This document shows positions 18,932-30,643 of a DNA stretch of 64,000 nucleotides, in pieces. The stretch is from Mycoplasmatota bacterium. Its GTDB lineage: Bacteria > Bacillota_I > Bacilli_A > RF39 > UBA660. Under the pieces are notes generated by a model. The model saw nothing but the letters and a program-made list of their open reading frames with translations. It was not told the origin of the DNA and made no database searches. Where the stretch lies: NCBI GenBank assembly GCA_022774645.1, contig JALFKQ010000003.1, positions 1,854 to 65,853 on the forward strand, written 5' to 3'. A program made the position numbers and the translations under genes. Position 1 is the stretch's first letter. Each line of letters begins with the position of its first letter.

Positions 18932-20394
18932 TATGCTAAATTCTTTTTACGATAGTATACCATTAAGCCACCACCGATTACTACAAGTAAACCACCAATT
19001 ATAGTATAAGCAGAAGAACCATTACCACCTGTAAATGGTAATAATCCATTTTTACTATTTGATATTTCAACATCAGTATAACAAGTAGTATTATTAGCAA
19101 CAACATCAACAGAAATAATATCATTTATTTTTTTATGACCTGTTGGAGCAATAGTTTCAACTAAATAATAAGTTCCTGCTTTAAGACCATTAAATGTAGC
19201 AGTACCATTTTCAAGAGTTGTAACTTCACCTATTTTATTACTAAGTTCAACATCACTATATATTTCAATTTTTGCTCCACTAAGTAAAGCTGTTTTATCA
19301 TTTCCAGAATATTTCAATATTTTTATTCCATAAGTATAAACAGTAGTTGTTTTTTCTTCAGTTTCATAAGTACCATCAGAATATGGATCATTTGAATATA
19401 TTAACTTAGCTGTATTTTTATTACCAGTACATAATGCATTTGCATTAAGAGATGCATTATAAGTAACAGTAATAGTTGTACTTGTTAAATTATCAACAAT
19501 AAAATCTATTGTTATTGTATTTCCATTAAGTGATGTAGTCGCAACAACTTTACCATCAGCAGTTTTAATAACACCAGCATCATTAGTAAGTATTGTTTCT
19601 CCATCTTTTACATTAATTGTATTAACACCAGCAAAAGTAATTCCATTATCAAAAGTATCAACTATTTTAAATGTTTTATTAGTAGCATTAGTTGGATATT
19701 GAATAACAGTAGCTGTAATAGTATATGTAAATATTTCATTTATTGTATAATCAGCACTAGTTTTATTATCACCAACAAATTTATTAATTTCTGTTTCACT
19801 TACCTTAGCAACAATAGTTTCATCATTTAAATTCCAATATTTATCATCTTCAGCAGTAAAATCTAAATTACCAACCATAACAGCATAAACTTTAGCAGTA
19901 GATACAGGTAATATTAAATATGAACCAGCTTCTAGTGAAACAGTTGCTGTATTACCACTTACAGTCATAGAAGTTCCACTTACATTATTAGTTTTAATAT
20001 ATGATGCATAACCACTAACTAGTTTATCAAGTGTACTAGAAGTAAGAGTACTTCCACTTGTAATTGAACCACTACTAAGAGAGTAATAATCACTTGATTT
20101 TAAATCTTTATAATCAGTAGTTGTATTTAAATAACTTTGAAAATCACTAGTAAAATCATAAGTAATAGTATTTTCATTTTCATTATAATAAGCATCTAAA
20201 ATCTTATATGCTTTAAAACTATCAGTAGATATTACATTATTAACAGTAAATGCTGCTTTATTAGTAATATAGTAACTTCCAGTATCTGTAATACCTTTCT
20301 TAGTATTATCAACGGTTATAACAGTTTCAGCATATACAACTGTAAATAACATTAAACCAATAAATAGAATAAATTTCTTTAAATAATTTTTCAT
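18931..20394 (-). CDS. Sortase-dependent pilus backbone pilin (SpaH/EbpC-like)
   Basis: Signal peptide, D2 isopeptide domain (YSNDP), E-box YYLVETIAPTGH, LPFTG followed by TM and basic tail. Confidence 0.93.
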   Translation of the reverse strand: MKNYLKKFILFIGLMLFTVVYAETVITVDNTKKGITDTGSYYITNKAAFTVNNVISTDSFKAYKILDAYYNENENTITYDFTSDFQSYLNTTTDYKDLKSSDYYSLSSGSITSGSTLTSSTLDKLVSGYASYIKTNNVSGTSMTVSGNTATVSLEAGSYLILPVSTAKVYAVMVGNLDFTAEDDKYWNLNDETIVAKVSETEINKFVGDNKTSADYTINEIFTYTITATVIQYPTNATNKTFKIVDTFDNGITFAGVNTINVKDGETILTNDAGVIKTADGKVVATTSLNGNTITIDFIVDNLTSTTITVTYNASLNANALCTGNKNTAKLIYSNDPYSDGTYETEEKTTTVYTYGIKILKYSGNDKTALLSGAKIEIYSDVELSNKIGEVTTLENGTATFNGLKAGTYYLVETIAPTGHKKINDIISVDVVANNTTCYTDVEISNSKNGLLPFTGGNGSSAYTIIGGLLVVIGGGLMVYYRKKNLA

Positions 20395-21026
20395 TTTTTA
20401 CTTTCCTTCTTTACTACAAAATATATAACTATTCCAACTACAATTATAAAAGATACTACTCCAATAATTATATAATTAACAATTGAATCAAATGTTTTAG
20501 GTATTTCTTCTTCTTTTATACTTTCAGTTGCTTTTAAAACAGCTAAAACATTATAATTTTCTTCTAACCTAACTTCATCATAAGTCGGAACACTTATTAA
20601 TAATGGTGAACTTGAATAAGTATATTTTTCATCAATAATTTTGTCATCAATCTTCACCAAATAAACTCCAACAACTAAATCATCAAATTTAAATAATCCA
20701 TGACTATCAGTATTTGTAGTTTTAATATAGTCAATATTATTATCAGTAATGTGTTTATTAACTTTATCAACAAGTGCTTTATATTCTGATGCATTTAAAT
20801 TATTTATATTATCAGTAAAAGTATTAAATTCATCTCTATAAGTAAAATTACCATCAGTATCTAAGTCACCTACTTTATAAAGATAAGCAGTCGCATCACT
20901 TATAATCTTATCTCCATAAGTATATTCACCAGTTATCTCACCTTTCTTAGTAATGTCAATTGCATCAACACTAATAAACATAAAACTAATTAAAACAGTA
21001 AATAATAAATAATTAAACTTTTTCAT
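20391..21026 (-). CDS. Minor/ancillary pilin (CnaB-type)
   Basis: Signal peptide, TDSHGLFKFDDLVVGVYLV, IPKTF sorting-like motif, TM and KK tail. Confidence 0.85.
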   Translation of the reverse strand: MKKFNYLLFTVLISFMFISVDAIDITKKGEITGEYTYGDKIISDATAYLYKVGDLDTDGNFTYRDEFNTFTDNINNLNASEYKALVDKVNKHITDNNIDYIKTTNTDSHGLFKFDDLVVGVYLVKIDDKIIDEKYTYSSSPLLISVPTYDEVRLEENYNVLAVLKATESIKEEEIPKTFDSIVNYIIIGVVSFIIVVGIVIYFVVKKESKK

Positions 21027-21031
21027 ATCTA

Positions 21032-21056
21032 CCTCTATTCTCCAATAATAATATCA
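21032..21056 (-). promoter_or_regulatory. Extended -10 plus AGAATAGAGG element (copy 1)
   Basis: TGaTATTAT-tattgg-AGAATAGAGG-tagat-ATG. Confidence 0.65.
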
Positions 21057-21094
21057 AAAACTAAATAAAAAATAAATAACATTTAAAAAGAATT

Positions 21095-21925
21095 TCAATT
21101 TTTGAAATTCTTTTCATCATAATCATCTAAGAAAAAATATTTACTTTCTCTATCATGATAACCTAATATAGTATTTAAATTGACATTAAAAGTAGATTTA
21201 AATACATTATAATCAATATTTGGATTTACTTTCTTTAATTCTTTTATTAAATTCTTTATCTCTTTTCTCTTAGAATTATTTTCATATTCACTTCTTTCAG
21301 TAAACTTACAAGCACAATTTATAAATGTAAGATTATTACCATTAACAAATCTTAATATATCATGTTCTCTAACATAATATAAAGGTCTTATAAGTTCCAT
21401 TCCTTCAAAATTATCACTATGTAACTTAGGCATCATAGTTTTATATTCAGAAGCATAAAACATACTTAAAAGAATAGTTTCAACAGCATCATCAAAATGA
21501 TGACCTAATGCTATCTTATTACAACCTAATTTTTTAGCTTGGTTATATAAAGCACCTCTCCTCATTCTAGCACATAAATAACAAGGAGAAACCTTTTGAT
21601 TTTCAACTACACTAAATATATCAGTAGTAAATATATTTAAATCAATATCCATTAATTTAGCATTAGATTTAATCAATTCTAAATTCTTTTCATTATAGCC
21701 AGGATTCATACAAATAAAGACTAAATCAAAATTAACATCTCCATGTCTTTTTAATTCTTGCATACATTTAGCAAGTAAAAATGAATCCTTACCACCAGAA
21801 ATACATACAGCTACTTTGTCTCCTTCATTAACAAGTTTAAATTCTTTAACAGCTTTAACAAATCTAGCCCATATTTCTTTTCTATAAGTTTTAATTATAC
21901 TTTTTTCTATTTCTTTATTATTCAT
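21095..21925 (-). CDS. ttcA: tRNA 2-thiocytidine biosynthesis TtcA-family protein
   Basis: SGGKDS PP-loop, CYLCARMRRG, GHHFDD and IRPL motifs. Confidence 0.9.
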   Translation of the reverse strand: MNNKEIEKSIIKTYRKEIWARFVKAVKEFKLVNEGDKVAVCISGGKDSFLLAKCMQELKRHGDVNFDLVFICMNPGYNEKNLELIKSNAKLMDIDLNIFTTDIFSVVENQKVSPCYLCARMRRGALYNQAKKLGCNKIALGHHFDDAVETILLSMFYASEYKTMMPKLHSDNFEGMELIRPLYYVREHDILRFVNGNNLTFINCACKFTERSEYENNSKRKEIKNLIKELKKVNPNIDYNVFKSTFNVNLNTILGYHDRESKYFFLDDYDEKNFKN

Positions 21926-22754
21926 TATTCATCACATCAAACATATCTATTATTCCATTTTGTTTTTTATAAGCTTTAAATGTATTCTTTACTAACATAA
22001 CAACTGTCATAGGACCTACTCCACCTGGAACAGGAGTTAAATATGAACATTTCTCCATAACATTAGGATTAACATCTCCACATATCTTCTTATTAACTCT
22101 ATTTATACCAACATCAATAATAACAGCATCCTTTTTAATCATAGATTTACTAATAATATTCTTTTTACCAACAGCTACAATTAATATATCAGCATTCTTA
22201 GTATATTGTTTTAAATTTTCAGTTTTAGAATGACATATAGTAACAGTAGCATTTCTTTTTAAACATTCTCTAACCATAGGTATACCTACTGCTTTACTTC
22301 TTCCAATTACAACAATATTTTTTCCTTCAAGATTAATTTTATAATAATCAAAAATTTCCATAACACCATATGCAACAGGAGGAACAAATGCACTTCCACT
22401 TCTAAAACCGTCAACATCTTTATTAATATCAACAGTATTAACAATTCTATCCTCATTAAATTTTTTAGGTAAAGGTAATTGAACAATTATACCATTAATA
22501 TATTTATCTTTATTAAGTTCTTTAATCTTTTTAATAACCTTTTCTTCATTAACACTTTCATCAAATGATAAATGTAAAAAGCTCATTCCTACATATTCAC
22601 AAGCTTTCTTTTTATTATTAACATATATTTTACTAGCAGGATCATCTCCAATAGTAATAACAGCTAATACCGGTGTTACTTTATATGATTCAACATTACC
22701 TTTGATTTCATCTTTAATCTTGGCACTTAAATTTTTACCATCTAATAAAATCAT
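21918..22754 (-). CDS. folD: Methylenetetrahydrofolate dehydrogenase/cyclohydrolase
   Basis: YVNNK, GIIVQLPLP, KDVDG, DVGINR and TPVPGGVGPMT motifs. Confidence 0.97.
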   Translation of the reverse strand: MILLDGKNLSAKIKDEIKGNVESYKVTPVLAVITIGDDPASKIYVNNKKKACEYVGMSFLHLSFDESVNEEKVIKKIKELNKDKYINGIIVQLPLPKKFNEDRIVNTVDINKDVDGFRSGSAFVPPVAYGVMEIFDYYKINLEGKNIVVIGRSKAVGIPMVRECLKRNATVTICHSKTENLKQYTKNADILIVAVGKKNIISKSMIKKDAVIIDVGINRVNKKICGDVNPNVMEKCSYLTPVPGGVGPMTVVMLVKNTFKAYKKQNGIIDMFDVMNNE

Positions 22755-22756
22755 AA

Positions 22757-23440
22757 TTACCCCTCATAATATTCTACAAATCTAACATTTTTAATAACAA
22801 CATCATTAATAGGTTTATCATTCATATTAGTTTCAACAGAAGCAATCTTATCAAGGACATCATATCCACTAACAAGTTTACCGAAACCAGCATATTTCCC
22901 ATCTAAATAAGTCGCATCATCTTGAACAATATAAAATTGACTAGAAGCAGAATTAAATGTTTCACTAGTTTCAGGATTACTACCTTTTTTTCTTGCCATT
23001 GATAAAACTCCTCTAACATGACTAATATCATTTTTAACACCATTAGCTTCAAATTCACCTTTAATAGTTTTATCACTACCACCAATTCCATTACCTTGTG
23101 GATCTCCAGTTTGAATAACAAAGTTTTTCATTACTCTATGAAATATAAGACCACTATAAAAATTCTTGCTAACTAGATTCTTAAAATTCTCAACAGTAAT
23201 TGGTGCTTTATCAGGATATAACTCAGCAACCATAATTCCATAATCTCTAACATCAATCATAACTAAATTAGTTTCTTTATCACTAGAAACATATTTCTTA
23301 GTTTTAATAGTATAAATAGTTTTACCATCTACTTCACTAGTAGTATAATTAAGATTCTCTTCTTCTTTATTACCACAACTACTTAAAATAAATAATAAAC
23401 TCATACATAAAAATATTTTAATAACCTTTTTCACTTTCAT
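22757..23440 (-). CDS. Cyclophilin-type peptidyl-prolyl isomerase, lipoprotein
   Basis: Lipobox LSSC; APITVENF, FHRV, QTGDP, SMAR, SQFYI and YAGFG motifs. Confidence 0.93.
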   Translation of the reverse strand: MKVKKVIKIFLCMSLLFILSSCGNKEEENLNYTTSEVDGKTIYTIKTKKYVSSDKETNLVMIDVRDYGIMVAELYPDKAPITVENFKNLVSKNFYSGLIFHRVMKNFVIQTGDPQGNGIGGSDKTIKGEFEANGVKNDISHVRGVLSMARKKGSNPETSETFNSASSQFYIVQDDATYLDGKYAGFGKLVSGYDVLDKIASVETNMNDKPINDVVIKNVRFVEYYEG

Positions 23441-23508
23441 CACCAAAATAATTTTATCATAAGCATTATAAAATGTCATCAAAAGAAAATAGATTTCACA
23501 ATTGAAAC

Positions 23509-25254
23509 CTATTTAACAACTACTTTTAAATACTTAGGAATATTAATTACATCACTATTTTCAAATAAATTAACAATATCACTATTCTTAACATAAACAA
23601 TATTCGAATTAGAATCCCAAAACATATTTTCTAAATTAACTTTATCACTAATATCAAATGTAGAAATATCCAAACTTTTCACATGACAATTTCTAAACAT
23701 TTGATCCATATTAGTAACTTTACTTGTATTAAAACTACTTAAATTTATTTCAGTTGCATCACTAACAGCAAACATACCACCCATATCTGTTACATTACTA
23801 GTATCCCATGAACTTAAATCCAATTTAGATACATTTGTTCCCCAAAACATGCTTCCCATCTTTGTTACATTATGTGTATCAAAACTCTCAAGACCTTTTA
23901 TTTCAGTGGCTTCTGTATTCATAAACATTATGCCCATATCTGTTACATTACTTGTATCAAATGAACTGACATCTATTATTTTAGATGTATTAAACATAAA
24001 CATAGCACCCATATCTGTTACATTACTTGTATCAAAATTACTTAAATTTAAATAATCTACTTTAGTACCATAAAACATTGCATTCATGTTAATTACCTTA
24101 CTTGTATTAAAATTCTCAATACCAATTATTTTAGTAGCACTAGACCAAGCTAAAAAACATAAGAAACTTGTAACATTACTTGTATCAAAACTGCTCAAAT
24201 TAAGAGTTAAAGCTTTACTTTCTCTAAACATATGTTCCATATTAGTAACTTTACTTGTATTAAAAAACTCTAAACCATCTATAACTTCTGCTTTACTAGC
24301 CCAAAACATAGCATATAATCTAATAACATTATTAGTAGTAAAATTACTTAAATCTAATTTAGTAGCCTCAGTACTTTTAAACATAAAATCCATATATTTT
24401 ACTTTTTTAGTATTAAAATTAGCTACATCGAGAGTTTTAGCTTTGCTTCCATTAAACATATTTCCCATAGTTGTAACATTATGAGTATCCAATTTTTCTA
24501 AACCAATTATTTCTGTAGCTGCACTTTCATAAAACATAGAATTCATATTAGTAACTTTACTTGAATTAAAATTACTTATATCAATTGAACTAGCCTTACT
24601 ATACCTATACATTGCATTAGTTGACACTACAGGTTTGTCATTTATGAATGCACATATCTCTCCACTAACTGAACTTGTACTTGATTTATCTGTAAGTTGT
24701 ACTCCCCATCCGTCGTTTCTAATGTTTTGCCAATCGATAGTAGTACCATCTTCTAGATTTTTCCCCTCTTGTCTATATCTATATGTGTAAGCACCTTGAA
24801 CAAACTCAGCACCTTGAACTAGTTTACCATCATAAGTACATTTAACAGGTTCTGGAGCATAAGGATTTCCTTCACAATCTCCTTCTTCTATTAATTCATA
24901 AGTTAAACTTTTTATATCATTAATACGACTTCTTATACAATAAGTCCCATCAGAAACTTTAAAATCTTTTATAACACCACTATCATCTAATCTTATATCA
25001 TAAACTAATTTATCTGTATCTATATTTAATTTATTATCCGAAGAATCTATTTTATTGATAACATTTCCCCTCATATTTTCAGTAATATATTTTTTAGATA
25101 CTTCTTTGTATAAATTTTTAGCTTCTGTTAAAAATATTTCTTTCTTCACTCTATTAAACATTTCAAGTACATTTGGAAGAGCTATTATAATAAGTAAAGC
25201 TAAAATTGCTATTACAGCTAGTAATTCCACTAATGTAAATCCTTTTTTATTCAT
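23509..25254 (-). CDS. Type IV prepilin fused to an array of DUF285 (BspA-like) repeats
   Basis: KKG/FTLVELLAVIAIL class III signal; more than 10 repeats of FxTSxVTxMxxMF. Confidence 0.9.
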   Translation of the reverse strand: MNKKGFTLVELLAVIAILALLIIIALPNVLEMFNRVKKEIFLTEAKNLYKEVSKKYITENMRGNVINKIDSSDNKLNIDTDKLVYDIRLDDSGVIKDFKVSDGTYCIRSRINDIKSLTYELIEEGDCEGNPYAPEPVKCTYDGKLVQGAEFVQGAYTYRYRQEGKNLEDGTTIDWQNIRNDGWGVQLTDKSSTSSVSGEICAFINDKPVVSTNAMYRYSKASSIDISNFNSSKVTNMNSMFYESAATEIIGLEKLDTHNVTTMGNMFNGSKAKTLDVANFNTKKVKYMDFMFKSTEATKLDLSNFTTNNVIRLYAMFWASKAEVIDGLEFFNTSKVTNMEHMFRESKALTLNLSSFDTSNVTSFLCFLAWSSATKIIGIENFNTSKVINMNAMFYGTKVDYLNLSNFDTSNVTDMGAMFMFNTSKIIDVSSFDTSNVTDMGIMFMNTEATEIKGLESFDTHNVTKMGSMFWGTNVSKLDLSSWDTSNVTDMGGMFAVSDATEINLSSFNTSKVTNMDQMFRNCHVKSLDISTFDISDKVNLENMFWDSNSNIVYVKNSDIVNLFENSDVINIPKYLKVVVK

Positions 25255-25263
25255 TTAACTTCA

Positions 25264-25289
25264 CCTCTATTCTATTAGATATTTTATCA
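25264..25289 (-). promoter_or_regulatory. Extended -10 plus AGAATAGAGG element (copy 2)
   Basis: TGaTAAAAT-atctaat-AGAATAGAGG-tgaagttaa-ATG. Confidence 0.65.
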
Positions 25290-25291
25290 TT

Positions 25292-25319
25292 AAAAAAGCA
25301 CTATTTCTAGTGCTTTTTT
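25292..25319 (-). terminator. Terminator after trmK
   Basis: aaaaaagcacta/tagtgctttttt with a GAAA loop on the minus strand. Confidence 0.8.
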
Positions 25320-25348
25320 AAAGTAAAATTAAATGACATAATTTTAGC

Positions 25349-25969
25349 TTAATTAAATTTTATATATTTTAGTACTTCATTTATTTTATCATTTCTATCT
25401 TTTGATTGTTCTTTTATACTAAGATACTTATTTTTTAAATAATTCAAATAATCATTATATAAATTATCATCTATATGATTTTTACCAAGTAATATTTCTT
25501 TTCTTGTTAAATCATTATTACCTTCTTTAAATAATATTAAATTATAATATTTATTATTTTCTTTTATTATTAATTCTCTATCAATTTTATAATTTAAGTC
25601 ATTCATTTTAGTTCTTAATATATCATGATAATTATTAGATATTGTTATTACTTTTTTAAATCTTAATTTTGTATTATTAAGTATTTCTAATATTGTATGT
25701 GTACCCATACCCGAAAGTACTACTGTATCTGCTTCTCCTTCTTTAATATTTGAAAGTCCATCAGATACTCTTAAATCTATATAATTACTATATCCTAATT
25801 TATTAATATCTTCTTTTGCTCTTAATATTACATTTATACTTATATCACTAGCAATAGATTTTATATTAGATTTTGCAAGCATAATACCAAGTTTAGCTTG
25901 ATCACACCCTACATCTACTACTTTATCATTTTTATCAATAAATGAATATATACTTTCTATTCTATTCAA
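25349..25969 (-). CDS. trmK: tRNA (adenine22-N1)-methyltransferase
   Basis: DVGCDQA, RVSDGL and SGMG motifs; downstream of sigA. Confidence 0.9.
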   Translation of the reverse strand: MNRIESIYSFIDKNDKVVDVGCDQAKLGIMLAKSNIKSIASDISINVILRAKEDINKLGYSNYIDLRVSDGLSNIKEGEADTVVLSGMGTHTILEILNNTKLRFKKVITISNNYHDILRTKMNDLNYKIDRELIIKENNKYYNLILFKEGNNDLTRKEILLGKNHIDDNLYNDYLNYLKNKYLSIKEQSKDRNDKINEVLKYIKFN

Positions 25970-27053
25970 TTAAGAAATCCTTTAATTTTTTAGCTCTTGA
26001 TGGGTGTCTTAATTTTCTAAGAGCTTTTGCTTCTATTTGTCTAATTCTTTCTCTTGTAACTTTAAATTGTTTACCAACTTCTTCAAGAGTATGACTAGAT
26101 CCATCAAATAAACCAAATCTAAGTTCTAAAACTTCTTTTTCTCTTACTGTTAATGTATCAAGAACTTCTCTTAATTCATCTTTAAGTATTTCATAAGTAG
26201 CAAATTCTTCCGGTGACATAGTTCTTTCATCAGCAAGAAAATCTCCTAAATGTGAATCATCTTCTTCACCTATTGGTGTTTCTAAACTTACTGGATCTTG
26301 ACTAATTTTTCTAATTTCAACTATTTTATCAGCTGAAAGTCCCATCTTTTTAGCAAGTTCTTGATCAGTAGGTTCACGATTAAGTTCAAGAGTCATTTGT
26401 CTTTCTATTCTAGCCATTTTATTAATAGTTTCAACCATATGTACAGGAACTCTTATTGTTCTTGCTTGATCTGCTAGTGCTCTTGTTATAGCTTGTCTTA
26501 TCCACCAAGTAGCATAAGTACTAAATTTATACCCTTTATCATAATCAAACTTTTCAACAGCTTTCATAAGTCCAATATTACCTTCTTGAATTAAATCTAA
26601 GAATAATAGACCTCTTCCTACATATCTTTTAGCAATAGAAACAACAAGTCTAAGGTTAGATTCAGCAAGAATATTTTTAGCTTGTTCATCTCCTTCTGCA
26701 ACTCTCTTAGAAAGTTCTTGTTCTTCTTCAAGAGATAACAAACTTATTTTACCTATTTCTTTTAAGTACATTCTTACATTATCATTAACACTCATATCCT
26801 TACTTTCATCAGGAACATCATCAATAATAATATCATTCTTTAAATCAATATTTCCATTATCTTCTTCATCTTCAGCTCTAACTTCAATATGATTTTCATT
26901 AAGAGCATTATATAACTCATCCAAAGCATTAGCATCTAAATCTAAATCAATAGTTTTTTTAGCTATTTGTTCATAAGTTAAAAATCCTTCTTTTTTACCA
27001 GCTTCAACTAATTCTTGTAATCTTTCTTCAAAAGTTTTAATATTATTTACCAT
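25962..27053 (-). CDS. rpoD: Primary sigma factor SigA/RpoD
   Basis: [38 protein letters not shown]. Confidence 0.99.
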   Translation of the reverse strand: MVNNIKTFEERLQELVEAGKKEGFLTYEQIAKKTIDLDLDANALDELYNALNENHIEVRAEDEEDNGNIDLKNDIIIDDVPDESKDMSVNDNVRMYLKEIGKISLLSLEEEQELSKRVAEGDEQAKNILAESNLRLVVSIAKRYVGRGLLFLDLIQEGNIGLMKAVEKFDYDKGYKFSTYATWWIRQAITRALADQARTIRVPVHMVETINKMARIERQMTLELNREPTDQELAKKMGLSADKIVEIRKISQDPVSLETPIGEEDDSHLGDFLADERTMSPEEFATYEILKDELREVLDTLTVREKEVLELRFGLFDGSSHTLEEVGKQFKVTRERIRQIEAKALRKLRHPSRAKKLKDFLIE

Positions 27054-28786
27054 TTCAACACTTCCTTATTTATATTTTCTATTTTCTTTGCTATTTCTAT
27101 TTTTTTATTAACATCGAATGTTTCACTCATTTCATTTTTTAGAGTTTCTATTCTTTTGTTAATTGAATACATTTTAATAGTATTAATATAATCATCTAAC
27201 TCTTCAGTTGTATATTCTTCATTATTATGATATTTCATTACTTCTTTAACAGTATTCATAAGTTTATCATTATCAGAAATATAATCTAAAAAATCACTAT
27301 AATTATAATAACCATAATCATTTCTAAACTCAATTATTTTATATGCTAAATTAGCTCTATCATCTTGTATTAAATATCCAAGAGTATTTTCAAAATAAAG
27401 TATTACATCCTCATAATTAAGCATTAAGTAAAGTAATCTAAGTTCACTCTTATCATATTTATTATATCTAGTTATTTTCTTTGGCTCTTCTACTTGCTTA
27501 ACAGCCATTTTTTTATTTAATTTGATTTCATTTCTTATATCAGATTCATTTATACCAAACTCTTCTGCGATATCTTTTATTTTTAAATCAATTAATATTT
27601 GACTATCTAAATCATTTAGTGAAAGAACAGCTTCTCTTATATATTTTGCTTTTTCAACAGCATCTTTCATATTTCTTTTTCTTTTTAAATATTTAAGTTT
27701 AAAATCTATGAAAGAAACTCTATTATCATAAGCAATTTTAAAAGCATCACTTCCTTTATTTTTTATAAAATCATCACTATCTTTATAATCTTCAAATACT
27801 ATAACTTCTGTATCTATATTATTTTTTAGTAATGTTTCTCCTGCTTCGATTGTACCTTTAACACCGGCATCATCTTGATCAAGATTTAGTATTACTTTAC
27901 ACTTCCATTTAATTATTTTTTCTAGATGTTTTTGTGTAAATGCAGTACCCATTATTGCTACTACATTCTTATAACCAACAGATGACATTCTAATGGTATC
28001 CATAAAACCTTCAGTAATAATAATTTCTCTCTTTTTCTTTATTTCTGCAAGTGCATTATTGATATTATAAAATACCTCACTCTTCTTAAATATATCTGTT
28101 TCTTTTGTATTTGAATATTTAGGAAGTGTATTATTATTTAAATCTTCATTAGTATATTTTCTACCACTAAATGCTACTACATTGTTATTCTCATCAATAA
28201 TTGGAAATATAATTCTATCTTGAAATGTATCATAATATCTACCATTTATTTCTTTAATAATATCCAGTTTTACTAAATCATCATAGCTATATTTTTTAAA
28301 TAATATAGTTGATAATTTATTAGTTGTTGAGAGTCCAATATTAAATTCATTAATTATATCCTTTGATATTTTTCTTTCTTCTAAATACTTAGTAGCCTTA
28401 ATTCCTTCAGTCGAAAGTAAATTTGCTTTAAAATATTTATTAACCGTATCATTAATCTCATATAATTTTTCATATTTAGTATTTACTTTTTTAGTAGTAT
28501 TTATATCTACTTTAATATTAGCTCTATCAGCTAACATCTTTAATGCTTCTATAAAAGTTATACCATTATATTTTTGAACAAATGTTATAACATTACCACT
28601 CTCACCACAACTAAAACATTTATAAATTTGCTTATCTGGTTGAACACTAAATGATGGACTATGATCATCATGAAAAGGACATAAAGCTTTATTTTTATCA
28701 TTTAAATTAATATAGCTACCAATGACATCTACTATATCATTTTTAGATTTAATTTCATTAATAACAGACTTATCAATAAATGCCAT
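27047..28786 (-). CDS. dnaG: DNA primase
   Basis: CPFH...CFSC zinc finger, EGFMD and DQDDAG TOPRIM motifs. Confidence 0.97.
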   Translation of the reverse strand: MAFIDKSVINEIKSKNDIVDVIGSYINLNDKNKALCPFHDDHSPSFSVQPDKQIYKCFSCGESGNVITFVQKYNGITFIEALKMLADRANIKVDINTTKKVNTKYEKLYEINDTVNKYFKANLLSTEGIKATKYLEERKISKDIINEFNIGLSTTNKLSTILFKKYSYDDLVKLDIIKEINGRYYDTFQDRIIFPIIDENNNVVAFSGRKYTNEDLNNNTLPKYSNTKETDIFKKSEVFYNINNALAEIKKKREIIITEGFMDTIRMSSVGYKNVVAIMGTAFTQKHLEKIIKWKCKVILNLDQDDAGVKGTIEAGETLLKNNIDTEVIVFEDYKDSDDFIKNKGSDAFKIAYDNRVSFIDFKLKYLKRKRNMKDAVEKAKYIREAVLSLNDLDSQILIDLKIKDIAEEFGINESDIRNEIKLNKKMAVKQVEEPKKITRYNKYDKSELRLLYLMLNYEDVILYFENTLGYLIQDDRANLAYKIIEFRNDYGYYNYSDFLDYISDNDKLMNTVKEVMKYHNNEEYTTEELDDYINTIKMYSINKRIETLKNEMSETFDVNKKIEIAKKIENINKEVLKW

Positions 28787-28906
28787 CTTTTTGTCCTCCT
28801 AATAGTTATATACGAAATAAAATTCAAAAACACTTCTTTTTTTGTGAATTTTATGAAAAAATCGCTCATATTATATCATATAAGCGAAATTTTGTCCATA
28901 AATTTA

Positions 28907-29401
28907 CTATAATTCAAGTTTTTGTTCCTTTAACTTAGACAATATCGTAATAGCATTTGTATAACCATTAGTTGAATAAAAAATTGTATCACCTATTGTT
29001 CTTAAATATATTCTTCTACCTATAATACTAGAAGTATCAGTAACTATAGTAGCAGAACAATCATTAGAACTATTAGTAGATACTTTAACATCAAATGTAT
29101 GACCATTTATTAAAAGTATAACAGTATCACCTAAACCAACAATATCTTCACTATTTTCTTTTTCAGGATTTATAACTATTCTTTCAAGTCTAGTCACCTT
29201 CTCTTCTAATTCTTCACTAAGACTAGTTCCTTCACTTTTAAGATTTTCTAAAAAAGATTGTTTAGTAAATTCATCAAGACCCATTCTATCACTAACATAT
29301 TCTCTTAATGATTCTACTCTTTCCATATTTTCTTTTACAGCATTAATACTTTTTAAATATTCATTATACCCTTTTTCACTAACATAGATTTCATTTTCCA
29401 T
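28907..29401 (-). CDS. Divergent GreA/GreB-like factor
   Basis: IYVSEKGY coiled-coil N-terminus, VGLGDTV and SIIGRRI...IGD C-terminal domain; lacks the GDLSENAEY tip. Confidence 0.6.
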   Translation of the reverse strand: MENEIYVSEKGYNEYLKSINAVKENMERVESLREYVSDRMGLDEFTKQSFLENLKSEGTSLSEELEEKVTRLERIVINPEKENSEDIVGLGDTVILLINGHTFDVKVSTNSSNDCSATIVTDTSSIIGRRIYLRTIGDTIFYSTNGYTNAITILSKLKEQKLEL

Positions 29402-29486
29402 AAAAAACCCCCATATAAAAATTGTTCATATAATATACCATAAATTTAGAAAAAACACAATAAAAAATAATTAAGCAAGAACTTAA

Positions 29487-30632
29487 TTATTTATTTAATC
29501 TATTAAATTTAGTGAATTCTGGTTCATCACTTACATCAGTATCATCTAAATCTTCTAAAATACCTTTTTGTTTTCTAGTTAGATTTCTTGGTATTATTAG
29601 TTTAAGAACACAATAGAAATCTCCTTTTTTCCAAGAATCTGGATTATTTATACCTTTACCCTTAATTCTTAAAATATCCCCTGGTTGACTTCCTTCTTTT
29701 ATTTTAAGTTCTACTGTACCATCCATTGTTTTAATGTTCTTTTTAGTACCAAGACATAAATCAGTAATAGATACAGGTAAATCTATATAAACATCATTTC
29801 CTTCTCTTCTATAAAGTTCATGAGGCATAACTTTGATTTCAATATATAAGTCTCCATTAGGTCCCCCATTTATTCCTGCTTCACCTTTACCGCTAAGTCT
29901 TAATTGCTCTCCAGTATCAATACCAGCTGGAATATCTATTGTAATTGTTTTATTAACTTTAACTTTTCCAGAACCCTTACAAGTACTACATTTTGACTTA
30001 AATGATTTTCCAGTACCGTTACAATTTGAACAAACTGTTTTTGATTGAATTGTACCTAAAATAGTATTAGTTTGTTTAATAACATAACCTCTACCACCAC
30101 AGTCTTCACAAGTTTCTTGTCCGTGTCCACCTGCTCCATCACAGTCTTCACAAGTTTCATAGTATTCTAAATCTATATCTTTTTTGCAACCATAAGCAGC
30201 TTCCATAAAGTCTATTTTCATTCCATATAAACTATCGCTACCTTTTCTTGCTCTATTAGAACTAGATCTACCACTTCCACCAAATGAACCAAATGAAGAG
30301 CCAAAGCCACCAGAGAATAAGTCATCAAATATATCACTGAAATCAAATCCAGCGGCTCCACCACCAAATGGATTACCAGAGAAACCTCCGCCAGCATTAC
30401 CATAAGGATTTTCAAAAGCAGCATGACCATATTTATCATATTGAGCTCGCTTATCTTTATCAGAAAGACATGCATAAGCTTCTTGAGCTTCCTTAAACTT
30501 TTCAGGAGCATCTGGACTCTTATTTAAATCTGGATGAAATTCTTTAGCTTTTTTTCTAAATGCTGATTTAATTTCAGCATCAGTAGCATCCTTAGATACA
30601 CCAAGAACCTCATAATAATCTCTTTTTGCCAT
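29487..30632 (-). CDS. dnaJ: Chaperone DnaJ
   Basis: J domain HPD, G/F-rich region, four CxxCxGxG. Confidence 0.98.
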   Translation of the reverse strand: MAKRDYYEVLGVSKDATDAEIKSAFRKKAKEFHPDLNKSPDAPEKFKEAQEAYACLSDKDKRAQYDKYGHAAFENPYGNAGGGFSGNPFGGGAAGFDFSDIFDDLFSGGFGSSFGSFGGSGRSSSNRARKGSDSLYGMKIDFMEAAYGCKKDIDLEYYETCEDCDGAGGHGQETCEDCGGRGYVIKQTNTILGTIQSKTVCSNCNGTGKSFKSKCSTCKGSGKVKVNKTITIDIPAGIDTGEQLRLSGKGEAGINGGPNGDLYIEIKVMPHELYRREGNDVYIDLPVSITDLCLGTKKNIKTMDGTVELKIKEGSQPGDILRIKGKGINNPDSWKKGDFYCVLKLIIPRNLTRKQKGILEDLDDTDVSDEPEFTKFNRLNK

Positions 30633-30643
30633 AACATCTCTCC

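Noticed and set aside
23700-24570. Recurring catatctgttacattacttgtatc-like motifs as a CRISPR or DNA-level repeat system
   Set aside because: They are the codons of the DUF285 peptide repeat (DTSNVTDM), with synonymous variation
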